NCBI GenBank assembly: GCA_043822785.1
Contig: JBDRBN010000068.1
Location: 1 to 51,968, forward strand
Direction of reading: 5' to 3'
DNA: 51,968 nucleotides
Origin: Pseudomonadota bacterium
Lineage (GTDB): Bacteria; UBA10199; 2-02-FULL-44-16; JAAZCA01
The notes under the pieces were generated by a model. The model saw only the letters and a program-made list of their open reading frames with translations. It was not told the DNA's origin and ran no database searches. A program made the position numbers and the translations under genes. Positions 1 to 9,351 of the stretch are shown one piece after another; position 1 is the first letter of the stretch, and every line of letters begins with the position of its first letter.

Positions 1-8
1 TGACGGTG

Positions 9-28
9 TTGTTGCACATATGCAACAA
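9..28. promoter_or_regulatory. Inverted repeat TTGTTGCA-cata-TGCAACAA, likely autoregulatory operator of the TA operon
   Basis: Perfect 8-bp inverted repeat 17 nt upstream of the toxin ATG. Confidence 0.6.
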
Positions 29-45
29 TATATATATGGATAACG

Positions 46-399
46 ATGGATATTCGTTATTATATTTCGGGCAATGGCAAAGCGCCTTTCATAGAATGGC
101 TTGAGAAACTGAATGACCGTACCGCTCGTGCGAAAATCAAAGTAAGGATCGACAGGCTCATGAGAGGCCTGTTTGGTGATACGAAATTCATAGGAGATGG
201 AGTAGAAGAGCTCAGGATAAATTATGGGCCTGGCTATAGAGTCTATTATGGAAGACTTAAGAATACGATTATCCTGCTACTATGCGGTGGCACAAAGAAC
301 CGGCAGAGAAAAGACATAGAGAGGGCAAAGAAATATTGGTCAGCCTATTTGGAGACATATTATGGCCAAAAGAAAAAAGAAAACAAAGACGAGTGGTGA
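46..399 (+). CDS. Type II toxin, RelE/ParE/HigB-like 'addiction module killer' family
   Basis: Motifs PFIEWL..L.D..ARAKI..RI.R...G.FGD.K..G.GV.ELRI.YGPGYRVYY and LLLCGG.K..Q..DI..A. Confidence 0.9.
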   Translation: MDIRYYISGNGKAPFIEWLEKLNDRTARAKIKVRIDRLMRGLFGDTKFIGDGVEELRINYGPGYRVYYGRLKNTIILLLCGGTKNRQRKDIERAKKYWSAYLETYYGQKKKENKDEW

Positions 400-682
400 T
401 TATAAAGAGTATCTCCTTAAATCATTAGGTGATCCTGAAGAGATAGCAGCATATATAAATGCTGCGCTGGAGGAGGACGATGACCCAGGCGCTCTTCTTA
501 TAGCTCTAAGACATGTAGTTGAGGCGCAGAACGTTTCTGATTTGGCCAAAAAGGCGGGACTCAACCGCGTTACGCTTTATCGAATACTCTCCGAAGATGG
601 AAATCCTCGTCTAGACAGCCTCGCCACTCTTCTCGAAGCCATGGGCCTAAAACTCAAAGTCGAACAAAAAATGGCAGGGTAG
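362..682 (+). CDS. Addiction-module antidote protein (HTH antitoxin)
   Basis: Overlaps toxin 3' end; AAYINAALEE..., HTH 'VSDLAKKAGLNRVTLYRILSEDGNPRLDSL'. Confidence 0.9.
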   Translation: MAKRKKKTKTSGDYKEYLLKSLGDPEEIAAYINAALEEDDDPGALLIALRHVVEAQNVSDLAKKAGLNRVTLYRILSEDGNPRLDSLATLLEAMGLKLKVEQKMAG

Positions 683-755
683 TGCGGGAACGGATGCTGG
701 GATGTAATCCAATGATATCCCACAGCAACCCAATTATTCCGTTACATTTTTATGT

Positions 756-1007
756 TTATTTTAGCAGCAGGTACTTCAGTTTTTTAAACTCGCTCTTAAT
801 CATTTGTGACAATTTCGATCTAGTATCGCGTATCGTGCTGTTATAGTCATAAAAACTATTTTCATCTTTTTTGTCCCATTTTCTAGCCGCATCGTAATAG
901 TCGATTTTATCAAATATACGAAATACTTCTTTTATTTTCAAATGAAGGGAAACCAGCGGCAATTTTCGTAACGAGTAGCCTGGAGGGACTAAGTTGTTAG
1001 CGACCAA
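756..1007 (-). CDS. Small AT-rich hypothetical protein or gene fragment
   Basis: 83-aa ORF overlapping the AsmA-like stop; no recognisable motif. Confidence 0.3.
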   Translation of the reverse strand: MVANNLVPPGYSLRKLPLVSLHLKIKEVFRIFDKIDYYDAARKWDKKDENSFYDYNSTIRDTRSKLSQMIKSEFKKLKYLLLK

Positions 1008-2061
1008 ATAGCTTCTTGATGCCGCGGCCTACCGAACTCCCTGCTTCTTTTATTGCCTTTCCCGTTCCCTTAAGTGGATTGGCATTGTTTGCCTGGGCAA
1101 AGATGTTTTGGCCGATTCCCCGCGAGAGCGCAGAGCCTGTGCGAAAATCGCCTTCTTCAAGATCACCCTTTACCGTAACATCAACTTCAACCGGACCTGA
1201 GAGTGAGAGCACGAACGCATTGATGAGTTTGCCCCTCATATCCCCGCCGGCTTTCAAGTTATAGATGGTGGCATGGTTATAAGCCACAAGCTTGCTCATC
1301 TTTGCAGTTAATTTGCTTGTCATGGTCATTCTGCCAGAACGGATGGGAAATGGCGTTTCGCCTGCATAGAATGATCTAAAATACGTGACAGGAGCATCAT
1401 CGATTCTGGAACGTATTTTAAAGTTTATACCTTCGGCAAACGCATTGAGCCTTCCTCTAAGGGTGAGGTTTCCTTTGTTGTTATCTATCTTTGACTTCAT
1501 ATAGAGCATGGTGGGAAGTTTCTTTGGATTTGGTTCGGATGTTATGTTCTTTAGGCTCATGCTAACGCTGGTGAGCTTTATACGGTGACCGCCAACGCGA
1601 TCTTGATAATTGAGTATCCCATCTTTGATTTTGACTGATTCTATCCATACATGCCACTCATCATCCTTATCGTTTTTATCTTTTTCGCCCAAATTCAGCG
1701 CATCCCAGTTGTACTTATTTCTGCGATACTCGGTGATATTAATTGTAGGCTTGATGAGAGTTATGCTCTTTGCGTGAAGCGTCTTCTTGAAAAGAGCAGT
1801 TGGCATAATCCTTATAGATAGCTCTTGGGCAGACGCGAGCAGGTCTTTTTCACCAGCGGGGTAGATCTTGATTCCTTTCAATGAAATTGCGGCTTTTAGC
1901 CAGTTTATTCTGTAGCTCTCTACATCGAGCGAGAGGCCCACTATGTTTTTGCTTTGGCGCTCGATGGCATTGAGCGCTCCTCGGGCTGATATTGCTATTA
2001 CTCCTGCAGCAAAGATGAGAACAAAAATGAGGATGAGAAGACCTGTAATAAGACGCTTCAT
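997..2061 (-). CDS. AsmA/DUF748-like membrane-anchored periplasmic protein
   Basis: N-terminal TM anchor, repeated beta-strand pattern (I.SI.LIKP.I.I..., N..NW..L, I.SVKIKDG.L.YQD); SD GGAG upstream. Confidence 0.7.
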   Translation of the reverse strand: MKRLITGLLILIFVLIFAAGVIAISARGALNAIERQSKNIVGLSLDVESYRINWLKAAISLKGIKIYPAGEKDLLASAQELSIRIMPTALFKKTLHAKSITLIKPTINITEYRRNKYNWDALNLGEKDKNDKDDEWHVWIESVKIKDGILNYQDRVGGHRIKLTSVSMSLKNITSEPNPKKLPTMLYMKSKIDNNKGNLTLRGRLNAFAEGINFKIRSRIDDAPVTYFRSFYAGETPFPIRSGRMTMTSKLTAKMSKLVAYNHATIYNLKAGGDMRGKLINAFVLSLSGPVEVDVTVKGDLEEGDFRTGSALSRGIGQNIFAQANNANPLKGTGKAIKEAGSSVGRGIKKLFGR

Positions 2062-2612
2062 TAGTGTCTCCTATCGGCACCTTTCTCGCTTGTCCCTGCC
2101 TGCCGGCAGGCAGGTCGCTTTTCTCGCCGGTCTCGCATGTTTTTAGCTGCGCATTCAATTGCTTCAAAAATTTGTTGATAACCAGTACACCGACACAGGT
2201 TGCCTTTTAATGCCCTTTTGATCTGTTCGCGCGTAGGATTGGGATTTGCGTCTAAGAGCGCTTTAGCTGTGAGCACCATGCCTGGAGTGCAGAAACCACA
2301 CTGGATTGCACCACAGTCGATAAAGGCCTGTTGAATGGGGTGTAGTTTGCCATCCTGTTCTAAGCCTTCGATAGTTGTGATCTCTGCCTCGGACGAGGGG
2401 AGATCGCGCATCTTTATAATACATGCGCGCTTTGGTTTGCCATTCACGAGCACTGTGCATGAACCACACGCGCCTATATCGCAACCGCGTTTTGTGCCCG
2501 TAAGCCTCAAGTCTTCGCGAAGTACATCTAAGAGGGATCTTGAGGGATCGCAACTGACTTCGGCTTGTGTGCCATTGATGCTTAGCGTGTAGCTGGTTGG
2601 CATAACAAGCAT
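2061..2612 (-). CDS. (2Fe-2S)-binding small subunit of xanthine dehydrogenase/CoxS family
   Basis: GTKRGCDIGACGSCTV, QCGFCTPG, GNLCRCTGY motifs; C-terminal tail is derived from a repeat. Confidence 0.93.
   Translation of the reverse strand: MLVMPTSYTLSINGTQAEVSCDPSRSLLDVLREDLRLTGTKRGCDIGACGSCTVLVNGKPKRACIIKMRDLPSSEAEITTIEGLEQDGKLHPIQQAFIDCGAIQCGFCTPGMVLTAKALLDANPNPTREQIKRALKGNLCRCTGYQQIFEAIECAAKNMRDRREKRPACRQAGTSEKGADRRH
2079..2136. repeat. TCTCGC-rich repeat carrying a 20-bp palindrome CCTGCCTGCCGGCAGGCAGG (2095-2114)
   Basis: Same repeat without the palindrome occurs at 10758-10795. Confidence 0.8.
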
Positions 2613-2706
2613 GCTCTATAATAAATCAAAGAAGATGGACAGAAAAAAACAGTTCTGCCAAGGCGTAAGATATGATAATTTATAGATTAATAAGGTGTGA
2701 GGGGTC

Positions 2707-3279
2707 ATGAGGATAAAGGCGGGGATCACAGCATCCATAGTCATTGCTTTGATTATTGTGTTTCATCTTACAGCGTCTGCTTTAGATGAATCCCAGGAAT
2801 CTGTGCCAGATAAGGTCGAATGGCAGGAATTGGTATCAGAAGAAGGCGGGTTTACGATTATGATGCCTGATACGCCCACATTTAATATTTCAATACAAGA
2901 TACAGCGGTTGGCGATATCGAGGAGAATGCGTATAGCCTTAAGACAAAAGAAGCAGAGTACAATGTCGAGTATTTGGATCTGCCGTTTATCGCCCGCATT
3001 TTTGGACGCAAAATAATTTTTAAGCGGGCGAAAACTGGGCTTTTGAAAGATGAAAAAGGCAAAGAGATAAGCTTTGTAAATATCAAGCAAGAAGGCATTA
3101 GGGGGGCAGAGCTTGTCTTTGAAACTCGCAAGCAAAGGGGCAAAGCGCGATTTCTTTTGAAAAGGGAAAAGCTCTATGTGCTTATAGTAACTGTTTCCAA
3201 GAAATCAGATGAAGATGAGGTGATGGATAAGTTTCTCGATTCCTTCAAGATCATAGAGAAGAAGCGCAAGCCGCTATGA
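2707..3279 (+). CDS. Exported hypothetical protein (possible PsbP/DcrB-like fold)
   Basis: Signal peptide; WQELVSEEGGFTIMMP and C-terminal 'KFLDSFKII' pattern; SD GAGGGG. Confidence 0.6.
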   Translation: MRIKAGITASIVIALIIVFHLTASALDESQESVPDKVEWQELVSEEGGFTIMMPDTPTFNISIQDTAVGDIEENAYSLKTKEAEYNVEYLDLPFIARIFGRKIIFKRAKTGLLKDEKGKEISFVNIKQEGIRGAELVFETRKQRGKARFLLKREKLYVLIVTVSKKSDEDEVMDKFLDSFKIIEKKRKPL

Positions 3280-5506
3280 TTTTCTCTGCTGTAATTGGCA
3301 CTTTTGTAAATCTATTTCCGGTCGCATTGTAAATAGCGTTGGCGCAGGCAGCACCCATGAGCTCGTTTGTGGGCTCGCCTAAGGATTTTGCGCCATAGGG
3401 TCCTATCGGATCAGGATTCTCTACTAAGATGGCGGTCATCTCTGGCATATCAGTGGAGCGAGAGATGCGGTAGGTGTTGTAGTTAAGATTTTGTATTTTG
3501 CCATCCACATGCGTTATTTTTTCTGAAAGGGCAAAGCCCAGGCCCATGGCAATGCCTCCAAACACCTGGCCTACTGCCATCTGCGGGTTTATGGCTTTTC
3601 CCACCTCATGAGCTGCAACTACTTTGTGCACTCTTACTTTTCCGCTCTTGGGATCAACTGTGAGCTCACAAGCCTGGCATCCATAGACATATGTGAAGTA
3701 AGCATCTCCTTGGCCTGTTTCTTCCTTCCAATGAACAGGGGGGCCCTTGAAGATGCCAAGCGAGTACAAATACATCTTGCGACTGTGGCATTCTGCCACA
3801 GCTTTATTGAACAAAATCGATTTTCCATTCTGCAAATTGCGGATTCTATTTGCTTTGAACGCATATCCCTTGCGCGATGTACCGATCAGTTCGCACAACA
3901 CAGGCCGCATCTGTTCCTTAATCCTTCGGCACGCATCGAGCACAGCGTTTCCGCCAACAATAGTTCCGCGCGAGGCAACGGTTGGACCACCATCTGGAAC
4001 TGAACTCGTATCAGTATCGATAAAGCGCACGCGCGATGCATCTATGCCCATCTCCGCGCTAAGAATCTTAACCATCGCTGTCTTAAGGCCTTGCCCATTT
4101 TCCGATACCCCCACTTGGAGCAAGATAGAGCCATCAGGCTGAATGTTTACGATGGCTGATGAAAAGTCATTACCCTCAGCACCCAATGAGACGCCGCGGT
4201 AACTCACGGCAAATCCAACACCATAGAGTGCGCCATCCTTATCTGGCCGACCTCGTGAACACTTGCTGTATTTTTTCTTCCATTCAAACTCCTTAAGTGC
4301 CTTATCAGTCACTTCAAGGATAGAGACCTTGTGATCTGTGAGTTTCTGCCCTGTATGTGTCGTAATGCCCTGCTTGAAGAAGTTGAGTTTTCTAAATGCA
4401 TAGGGGTCCATTCTTACTTTTTCAGCGCACATATCCATGAACGACTCACATGCGAATACGTGTTGAGGAGTGCCAAAGCCGCGCATGGCTCCTGTAAAAG
4501 TGTTGTTGGTGTACACAGCTTTTGAATCACATTTTACGTTGGGAACTATATATGGACCTGTGCACTGAACCGTGGGACGCCAGATCACAAAGGGAGATGT
4601 GGAGCAGATTGGGCCTGAGTCAGCTATGAAATCTATTTCCATGGCTTTGAGTTTTCCGTCCTTACCAATGCCAGCTTTGTATGTGATCTCGAACGGATGG
4701 CGCTTGTAGCTTTCGCGAATCGATTCTTCGCGCGTGTAAGTCATCTTAACTGGCCCTTTTGTGCGAAGGGCTAAAATAGCAGCGCGCGCGCATATAGCGG
4801 ATATGGTATCGTCCTTGCCGCCAAATCCACCTCCCAGCGTGGTTTGTTTTATGCGTACTTGCGCTAAGCTAAGGCGGGTGGCAGCAGCAACAAAACGCCT
4901 TGTGGTAAATGGATGCTGCATTCCGCCATATACGGTCATTGATCCGTCAGGCTCAGGTATGGCGATGCAGGATTCGGGTTCAAGATAGGCGTGCTCGACA
5001 AAAGATGTGCTAAAGTTTGCGCATACGATGTGCTCGCATTTGTTTAATGCAGAAGGTTTACCGTGCCTCACCTTAAAGGAGGTTACCATGTTATCGCGCC
5101 CTTCGTGCACTTGTGGTGCGCCCTTTGCGAGAGCATCATTAGGTGAGAGGAGTGCTGGTAAAGGGTCATAATGAACTTCGATCAAAGACAAAGCTTCGCG
5201 CGCATTCTCTTTGGTGTCTGCAGCAACTACTGCCACGACATCACCCATGTAGCGTACCCTATCCTCAGCTAGGATCTGTTGATCAGCGATGATGTTGCCC
5301 ACCACATTCTGGCCTAAAATATCTTGTGCTGTGATGATGTCTATGACTCCCGAATGATTTTGTGCCTTATCGATATCTATTTTCTTGATTAAGGCATGAG
5401 GATGTGCGGAATGAAGCGGAACAGCATAAATCATTCTATCAAGCCACAGATCGTCTGCGTACTTTGCTTTGCCTGTTACTTTCTCATATGCATCTATGCG
5501 TTTCAT
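3251..5506 (-). CDS. Xanthine dehydrogenase/aldehyde oxidoreductase family molybdopterin-binding large subunit
   Basis: KVTGKAKYADD, HAYLEPE, GGGFGGK, AMRGFG, GGPTVASR, AKSLGEP (catalytic Glu). Confidence 0.93.
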   Translation of the reverse strand: MKRIDAYEKVTGKAKYADDLWLDRMIYAVPLHSAHPHALIKKIDIDKAQNHSGVIDIITAQDILGQNVVGNIIADQQILAEDRVRYMGDVVAVVAADTKENAREALSLIEVHYDPLPALLSPNDALAKGAPQVHEGRDNMVTSFKVRHGKPSALNKCEHIVCANFSTSFVEHAYLEPESCIAIPEPDGSMTVYGGMQHPFTTRRFVAAATRLSLAQVRIKQTTLGGGFGGKDDTISAICARAAILALRTKGPVKMTYTREESIRESYKRHPFEITYKAGIGKDGKLKAMEIDFIADSGPICSTSPFVIWRPTVQCTGPYIVPNVKCDSKAVYTNNTFTGAMRGFGTPQHVFACESFMDMCAEKVRMDPYAFRKLNFFKQGITTHTGQKLTDHKVSILEVTDKALKEFEWKKKYSKCSRGRPDKDGALYGVGFAVSYRGVSLGAEGNDFSSAIVNIQPDGSILLQVGVSENGQGLKTAMVKILSAEMGIDASRVRFIDTDTSSVPDGGPTVASRGTIVGGNAVLDACRRIKEQMRPVLCELIGTSRKGYAFKANRIRNLQNGKSILFNKAVAECHSRKMYLYSLGIFKGPPVHWKEETGQGDAYFTYVYGCQACELTVDPKSGKVRVHKVVAAHEVGKAINPQMAVGQVFGGIAMGLGFALSEKITHVDGKIQNLNYNTYRISRSTDMPEMTAILVENPDPIGPYGAKSLGEPTNELMGAACANAIYNATGNRFTKVPITAEKIIAACASSL

Positions 5507-7035
5507 AGAATTTTACAAGGAATCACTATTGTAAACTTAGCTCCTTTTCCAGTCTCGCTTTCTACCCAAATGCGTCCGCTATGCATCTCGACAAACTGCT
5601 TGGCAAGAGCTAGGCCCAGGCCAATTCCACCGTAAGAGCGCGTGTTCGCTTCCTCCACCTGATAGAACATATCAAAGACAGTATCACAATACTCGCTTGG
5701 TATGCCTATGCCGTTATCTTCAACGATGACCAACACGCCGCCTTTGTGAAACAGATCTTCTGGTCTTTCAACATAGCGCTGTATCGCATCCTTGTCAGCC
5801 AGTTCATTCCATGCTGTGAAGTGCCTGGCTTTTAACGAGACGTGTCCGTGTTTGGGCGTAAACTTCGTGGCATTGGCCAAAAGATTTAAAACAGCGCGCT
5901 GGATCTTGCGTTCATCCCCTTCAACCACGACGGGCATTCCCTCAGGTATATCTATGTTCAGCTGCAGGCCCTTGTCCTTTGTAAGTGGGGATATGGTGGT
6001 GCAGGCTCGCCTTAAGGTCTGGCTGATATTAAAATTTGTGATATCCAACTTCATCCTTCCAGATTCAAGCTTGGTAAAATCGAGCAAGCTGTTGATCATG
6101 TCGAGCAGATCAGCTGCATTGTGTAAGACCTCATTCAGCATATCCTTCTGTTCGTCTTTTATTTCTCCGGTTACGCCTTCGATGATCATCTCTGAAAAGC
6201 CGATGATCGCGGTAAGCGGCGTGCGAAGCTCATGGCTCATGATGGCCAGGAAATCAGACTTAACCTTGTAGGCCTTTTCCAACTCCTGATTGCTCTTGAG
6301 CAAGCTTTCATAAGAATCCTTTAGCTTGATAGCCATTTGATTAAAGGAGCTAGCGAGATTTTGAATTTCATCGCCTGTCTTAATATCAACCCTCACATCT
6401 AAATTTCCGCTCATCATCTCCTCTGTAGCTTTGCGGAGTTTGTTGACGGGTCTAACGATCAGCCCTGCCAGGCCAGAACCGATGAACATGCTTAGGATAA
6501 TAGTTAAAAGAGTTGTTCCTATTACTATGCCAAGGATGTTGTTGATGGCTTTTAAGGTGTTTTCTTCCTGTATTCCAATTCTGACCATGCCGATTGTTTC
6601 AGAATCACTCAGTATCGGAGCAGTGATATCATAGACAATGCCCTTTTCGCTATCAATGATGCTGACATCGCCCATCTCATCTGTAGAATCGCTTCGAGTT
6701 GTTTTTAGTTGCGCAGGAATAACTTCTTCGCTGATAAAGGTGTGTGCCAACACATTTCCTTTTGTATCCATTATAAAGGCATAAGCTACATCATCGCTTG
6801 CTGCTTTCTCTTCATCTACCAGTATTTTTAGCTTAGAGGATTCTTTGAACAGCAAAGGTTTTGAGCTGAGCACAGCAAGGCTTCTTGCCATGGATATGCC
6901 CCTCTTTTTGGCCTCGTCCTTAACTGCGTTGGGCAATGTCTGGTTGATAGCAAAGGTCACAGTTAATCCGAGAAGCAAGATTACTAAAACGATTGCCGTA
7001 GTAATCTTGTTGCGAAGGCTTGCTCTTTTTGCCAT
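5503..7035 (-). CDS. Membrane sensor histidine kinase (extracytoplasmic domain, HAMP, HisKA, HATPase)
   Basis: Two TMs, HAMP, MSHELRTPL, NLLANATKFT, DNGIGI, GIGLGLAL. Confidence 0.92.
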   Translation of the reverse strand: MAKRASLRNKITTAIVLVILLLGLTVTFAINQTLPNAVKDEAKKRGISMARSLAVLSSKPLLFKESSKLKILVDEEKAASDDVAYAFIMDTKGNVLAHTFISEEVIPAQLKTTRSDSTDEMGDVSIIDSEKGIVYDITAPILSDSETIGMVRIGIQEENTLKAINNILGIVIGTTLLTIILSMFIGSGLAGLIVRPVNKLRKATEEMMSGNLDVRVDIKTGDEIQNLASSFNQMAIKLKDSYESLLKSNQELEKAYKVKSDFLAIMSHELRTPLTAIIGFSEMIIEGVTGEIKDEQKDMLNEVLHNAADLLDMINSLLDFTKLESGRMKLDITNFNISQTLRRACTTISPLTKDKGLQLNIDIPEGMPVVVEGDERKIQRAVLNLLANATKFTPKHGHVSLKARHFTAWNELADKDAIQRYVERPEDLFHKGGVLVIVEDNGIGIPSEYCDTVFDMFYQVEEANTRSYGGIGLGLALAKQFVEMHSGRIWVESETGKGAKFTIVIPCKIL

Positions 7036-7048
7036 CTTTGTCTCCTAA

Positions 7049-7111
7049 AGAAGCTAGAAACTAGAAGCTAGAAAAACCTTCTGGTATCTAGCTTCTGACC
7101 TCTGACTTCTA
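7049..7111. repeat. Heptamer (AGAAGCT-like) short tandem repeats arranged as an inverted pair
   Basis: agaagctagaaactagaagctag ... tctagcttctgacctctgacttct; same family at 46162-46249. Confidence 0.7.
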
Positions 7112-8098
7112 AAAACAAGATATAAGCAGGAACACGCCAATAGCTGAGAGCCAGCACGCAAAACCTACTAGCAAAGGCGCTCCACCTACATTTAACATCT
7201 TCCTGAGATCCACAGTTAAACCTATGCTTGTTAGAGCAATGGCAAAACAGATTCCAGCCCAGGGCCGAAGGGTCTTTACCAGCGGTTCGAGCGTAGTCAC
7301 AAACGATGTTAAAAGGCCAACAGCAACAAACACCCACATAAACCATGGGATTCGAAGAAACACAGCTTTTTTCTTTATCCCCTCTCTTCTGCCAAAATAC
7401 CAGCACAGGAAACCGATGATGGGTATTATCATCGCTGTCCTTGCCATCTTTATGGAAAGGGCGAGTTTAAGACAACTCTGGCCTAAAACCGCAGCAGCGG
7501 TCTTAACAATGCCTGTCATGTGAAGGGTCGTAGCGCACAGCACAACATATTCGGTTTTGGTGAGTGAAAAATATGTGAGCGCCAAGGGGTACAGCAGCAT
7601 GCCAAAAAGCCCAAACACTGTGATGGTTATTAGGCTTGCGCCAGCGTCTTCAGAATCTGCACCCACGACTGGCGTGGCTATGGCAATGGCAGAGGCACCG
7701 CAGATTGCAGTGCCTGTAGCTATTAAAAACGAATTTTGGTCTCTTATGCGAAAGAGCCTGCCTAAAAATATAGCCACTAGGAAGATCGCTACTATGCCGA
7801 TCAAAAGCTGAAGCCAAAACATGCCCGAGATCTGGGTTAGCTTGTCAAACTTTAGATTTATTCCATAGAAGATTACACCCAAGGGAATAAATAACTTTGG
7901 AGCAAGGTTTAAGCCGGGCAAAAAACGTGGACGGTCGCCCATAATAGTCCTGACGACCATTCCAAAGATGATGCCCACCACCAGAGCATCTGTGGCTTCA
8001 TGAAATGAAGCGAGCCAATATGCGATGAGTCCTAATAGAAGCGCTAATGACAAACCTGGCCATTTTCCCCTAAAGGGATTTGTTCGCTTCGCTATCAT
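7109..8098 (-). CDS. YeiH / putative sulfate exporter (PSE) family membrane protein
   Basis: Polytopic; GTAICGASAIA signature; K..R motif. Confidence 0.85.
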   Translation of the reverse strand: MIAKRTNPFRGKWPGLSLALLLGLIAYWLASFHEATDALVVGIIFGMVVRTIMGDRPRFLPGLNLAPKLFIPLGVIFYGINLKFDKLTQISGMFWLQLLIGIVAIFLVAIFLGRLFRIRDQNSFLIATGTAICGASAIAIATPVVGADSEDAGASLITITVFGLFGMLLYPLALTYFSLTKTEYVVLCATTLHMTGIVKTAAAVLGQSCLKLALSIKMARTAMIIPIIGFLCWYFGRREGIKKKAVFLRIPWFMWVFVAVGLLTSFVTTLEPLVKTLRPWAGICFAIALTSIGLTVDLRKMLNVGGAPLLVGFACWLSAIGVFLLISCF

Positions 8099-9321
8099 CG
8101 ATAACCCTCAAACTTCCAGTGCTCCATATGTGCTTTTATCTGCAGATATCCTAATTCCTGTCCGATCTCCAATAGCAAAAAGGTGCTGAATAAGACCAAC
8201 ATGACGACGCAAAACAATCGGCCCATGATCGATTTTGCTCTGTAGATGGCTATTATGCTCGGCAAAATGCCAAAGAGCACAACTATTCCCACGCCGCCAA
8301 CTACATCGAGGACCCTTAAGAATACATCAGGATATATGAGCGAGACGAGAAGCGGTGGTCCAAATGAAAGGAGCACGACTACGATTCTATTATTAATCTT
8401 GAGATGGTTTTGTGTGAGGTCTCTTATGAATGCCATGAGCGCTGTTCCGCAAACTACGTAAGAGGTCGTGATTGCCAAGATGGCAAAGAGCAGGGATGAA
8501 AAGGTAAACAAGGATGAGCCAATCTTTTCGGCCAGCGGAATGGTAGCGGGAAAGTTGTGATGGAACGCGTACATGATGCTGGCATCCCCGTTGTTCAAGG
8601 GCAATGCGCCCAAGCTCACGTACATCCACACCGCGTACATCGCATATCCTATCAACATTCCAATGACGAGCGTCTTCCAAATTCGCGAATAATTCCAGTT
8701 AAGGCTACGGCAAGCGACCGGTATGATGTTGTGGAAATAAAAGGCCGTTGCCATGATCGGCACAGTGGCTGGTAAAAAACTCCAATCTGTAAATGAAAGG
8801 CGATCCACATGCACGTGCTTGTTGGTCATAAATACTATTATACCAAATGATGCCCACAATAGGATCATGAGCAGCGCGTTGCTTTTTCGGATGATCGTAA
8901 GCCCCATCAAGAGGATGCCGGTCATGACTATGAAGAATATGAGCAGGATCCAGTAATCAGGGATTGGCTTTTGCAAAAATCTTGTGATCGCAGTCGTTGC
9001 GCCCGTGAGATAGGCGGTGAGAAGGCCATAGAGCACGAGAAGGTTTGTCAGGATTGCTACCCACTTTCCAACAAATCCAAGGTATGATTCGTATAAGCTG
9101 GCGTAGTGAAATGTTGGTTCTTTGCTGCGGGTCGCTTCTCCAGCTAGCACGAGCGCTGTAAACAACATCGCACCTGCGACCACTAACATGCCTACGAGCG
9201 AGGGATAAAATCCAGCAAGGCCACTCTTTACTGGTAATGCCAGGATGCCTGCGCCGATGAGGCTGCCGGTGATGAGAAAAGCCACAGTGAGCGTCAGAAA
9301 TATCGAGTCATTTTTGAGCAT
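8095..9321 (-). CDS. Aromatic amino acid permease (TyrP/Mtr/HAAAP family)
   Basis: LITGSLIGAGILALP, AF.FHNIIP, LAITTSY motifs; ~11 TMs. Confidence 0.85.
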   Translation of the reverse strand: MLKNDSIFLTLTVAFLITGSLIGAGILALPVKSGLAGFYPSLVGMLVVAGAMLFTALVLAGEATRSKEPTFHYASLYESYLGFVGKWVAILTNLLVLYGLLTAYLTGATTAITRFLQKPIPDYWILLIFFIVMTGILLMGLTIIRKSNALLMILLWASFGIIVFMTNKHVHVDRLSFTDWSFLPATVPIMATAFYFHNIIPVACRSLNWNYSRIWKTLVIGMLIGYAMYAVWMYVSLGALPLNNGDASIMYAFHHNFPATIPLAEKIGSSLFTFSSLLFAILAITTSYVVCGTALMAFIRDLTQNHLKINNRIVVVLLSFGPPLLVSLIYPDVFLRVLDVVGGVGIVVLFGILPSIIAIYRAKSIMGRLFCVVMLVLFSTFLLLEIGQELGYLQIKAHMEHWKFEGYR

Positions 9322-9351
9322 CGCAATATCCTTCCGAGACCGCGATGAAGC

